A stretch of DNA of 64,000 nucleotides from Selenomonadaceae bacterium. Lineage in GTDB: Bacteria; Bacillota; Clostridia; Oscillospirales; CAG-272. Numbering within the stretch: the first letter of the stretch is position 1; each line of letters opens with the position of its first letter. Below the pieces are notes generated by a model. It did no database searches. It was not told where the DNA came from and saw only the letters and a list, made by a program, of their open reading frames with translations. The position numbers and the translations under genes are program-made. The stretch spans positions 14,189-78,188 of the forward strand of contig CAVBUH010000050.1 in the NCBI GenBank assembly GCA_963598415.1. Reading direction: 5' to 3'. Shown here piece after piece: positions 63,279 to 64,000 of this stretch.

Positions 63279-64000
63279 TTATTTTATTGGAAGCTGAATT
63301 TCCGTTAACCAATCCTCAGTTTTTTCCTTGTTCCAAATACCGTCAATATAACATTCACGCGGGAAGTCCGACGGTTCATATCCGTTTGCCGCCGCATATT
63401 TCATAATATAAGCATATGCTTCGCCGAGAAGCTCATAGCTTCCTTTATGATAGATACAGATCGCTCTGGCCGCGGGCAAGGTTCTGAAAAAGATTTTTTC
63501 GTTGCCTTTCCCTTCTTTTGTAACAGCTTGTGAATATCTTACCATAATATTATTCTCTCTGTATTCCCCGTCAAGATATTCACAGAAGCAGTAATCCGGC
63601 TTTATACATTCTATTCCCGGATTCAAGCTCCGGCATTCTGCCGCTGAGTCAAGAGCGAGAGAAGTTACCTCACTGTAATCCCTAAGTCGCTTCTCTTCAC
63701 TGTACACAATACATTCGGAAATCTCCTTAACAACTGCCTGATACTTCATTCCTTTTTCCTCCGATAAATAATTCAGAATGGAGAGTCGGTGAGTTATTTC
63801 AAAACGCTTTTGCTCAAGCTCGGCACGCTTCCCTATCAAGAGCTCATGTATTGCTGAACCGGTCAGGTAAAGCTTGATTTCATCAATTGTAAAATCAAGC
63901 TGACGTAACGCCTTTATTTTCGCCGCGGTTTCAAGCTGTGACGTATCGTAAAAACGGTATCCCGTCCACGAATCCACCCTTGCAGGAATCAGCAAGCCTT
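63279..64000 (-). CDS. MerR family transcriptional regulator with GyrI-like effector domain (5' end outside window)
   Basis: ..LIPARVDSWTGYRFYDTSQLETAAKIKALRQLDFTIDEIK.. (MerR wing and coiled coil), followed by a GyrI-like C-terminal domain. The ORF is open to the window edge. Confidence 0.8.
   Translation of the reverse strand, partial: GLLIPARVDSWTGYRFYDTSQLETAAKIKALRQLDFTIDEIKLYLTGSAIHELLIGKRAELEQKRFEITHRLSILNYLSEEKGMKYQAVVKEISECIVYSEEKRLRDYSEVTSLALDSAAECRSLNPGIECIKPDYCFCEYLDGEYRENNIMVRYSQAVTKEGKGNEKIFFRTLPAARAICIYHKGSYELLGEAYAYIMKYAAANGYEPSDFPRECYIDGIWNKEKTEDWLTEIQLPIK

Overview
This 64-kb window looks like a chromosomal segment of a mid-GC Firmicutes, probably Clostridia-type, genome. 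That assignment is inferred from gene content: SpoVB-like flippase, CwlD-like amidase, cdaA-cdaR, recJ-relA-dtd-hemZ and type II PanK. I call about 55 protein genes. Most are housekeeping: alaS (3' part), a GT2 glycosyltransferase, coaW, lplA, prs, an ABC ATPase/permease pair, recJ-relA-dtd-hemZ, cdaA-cdaR, rlmH, rbfA-nrnA, efp, uppP, ftsK and recD2-comFC. There is one tRNA-Ala(CGC) with a consensus sigma-A promoter. I saw no rRNA, CRISPR array, intact transposase or prophage.

The unusual content is as follows.
1. The intergenic space is saturated with at least five or six families of short interspersed repeats. Family A is a TTAA-flanked, MITE-like element of about 180 bp with at least 15 copies. 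Family B is about 160 bp with 6 copies. Families C to F occur nested or as composite modules.
2. A translationally overlapping pair, a TerB-N/TerB-C protein plus a DUF2791/BrxD-like P-loop ATPase, sits directly after an IS30 transposase remnant. The helicase usually associated with this pair is absent. This is my best candidate for a poorly described defence or stress module.
3. A zeta-toxin-like kinase has an ATGA-coupled small upstream ORF.
4. A decayed mobile-element remnant (a twice-frameshifted HTH gene) lies downstream of the tRNA.
5. A roughly 470-bp imperfect palindrome lies at 13261-13733.
6. An orphan, catalytically degenerate dihydroorotase-like gene is present.

All calls were made by eye from the sequence and the ORF track. 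Repeat coordinates are approximate (about +/-3 nt). Family assignments need HMM or BLAST confirmation.
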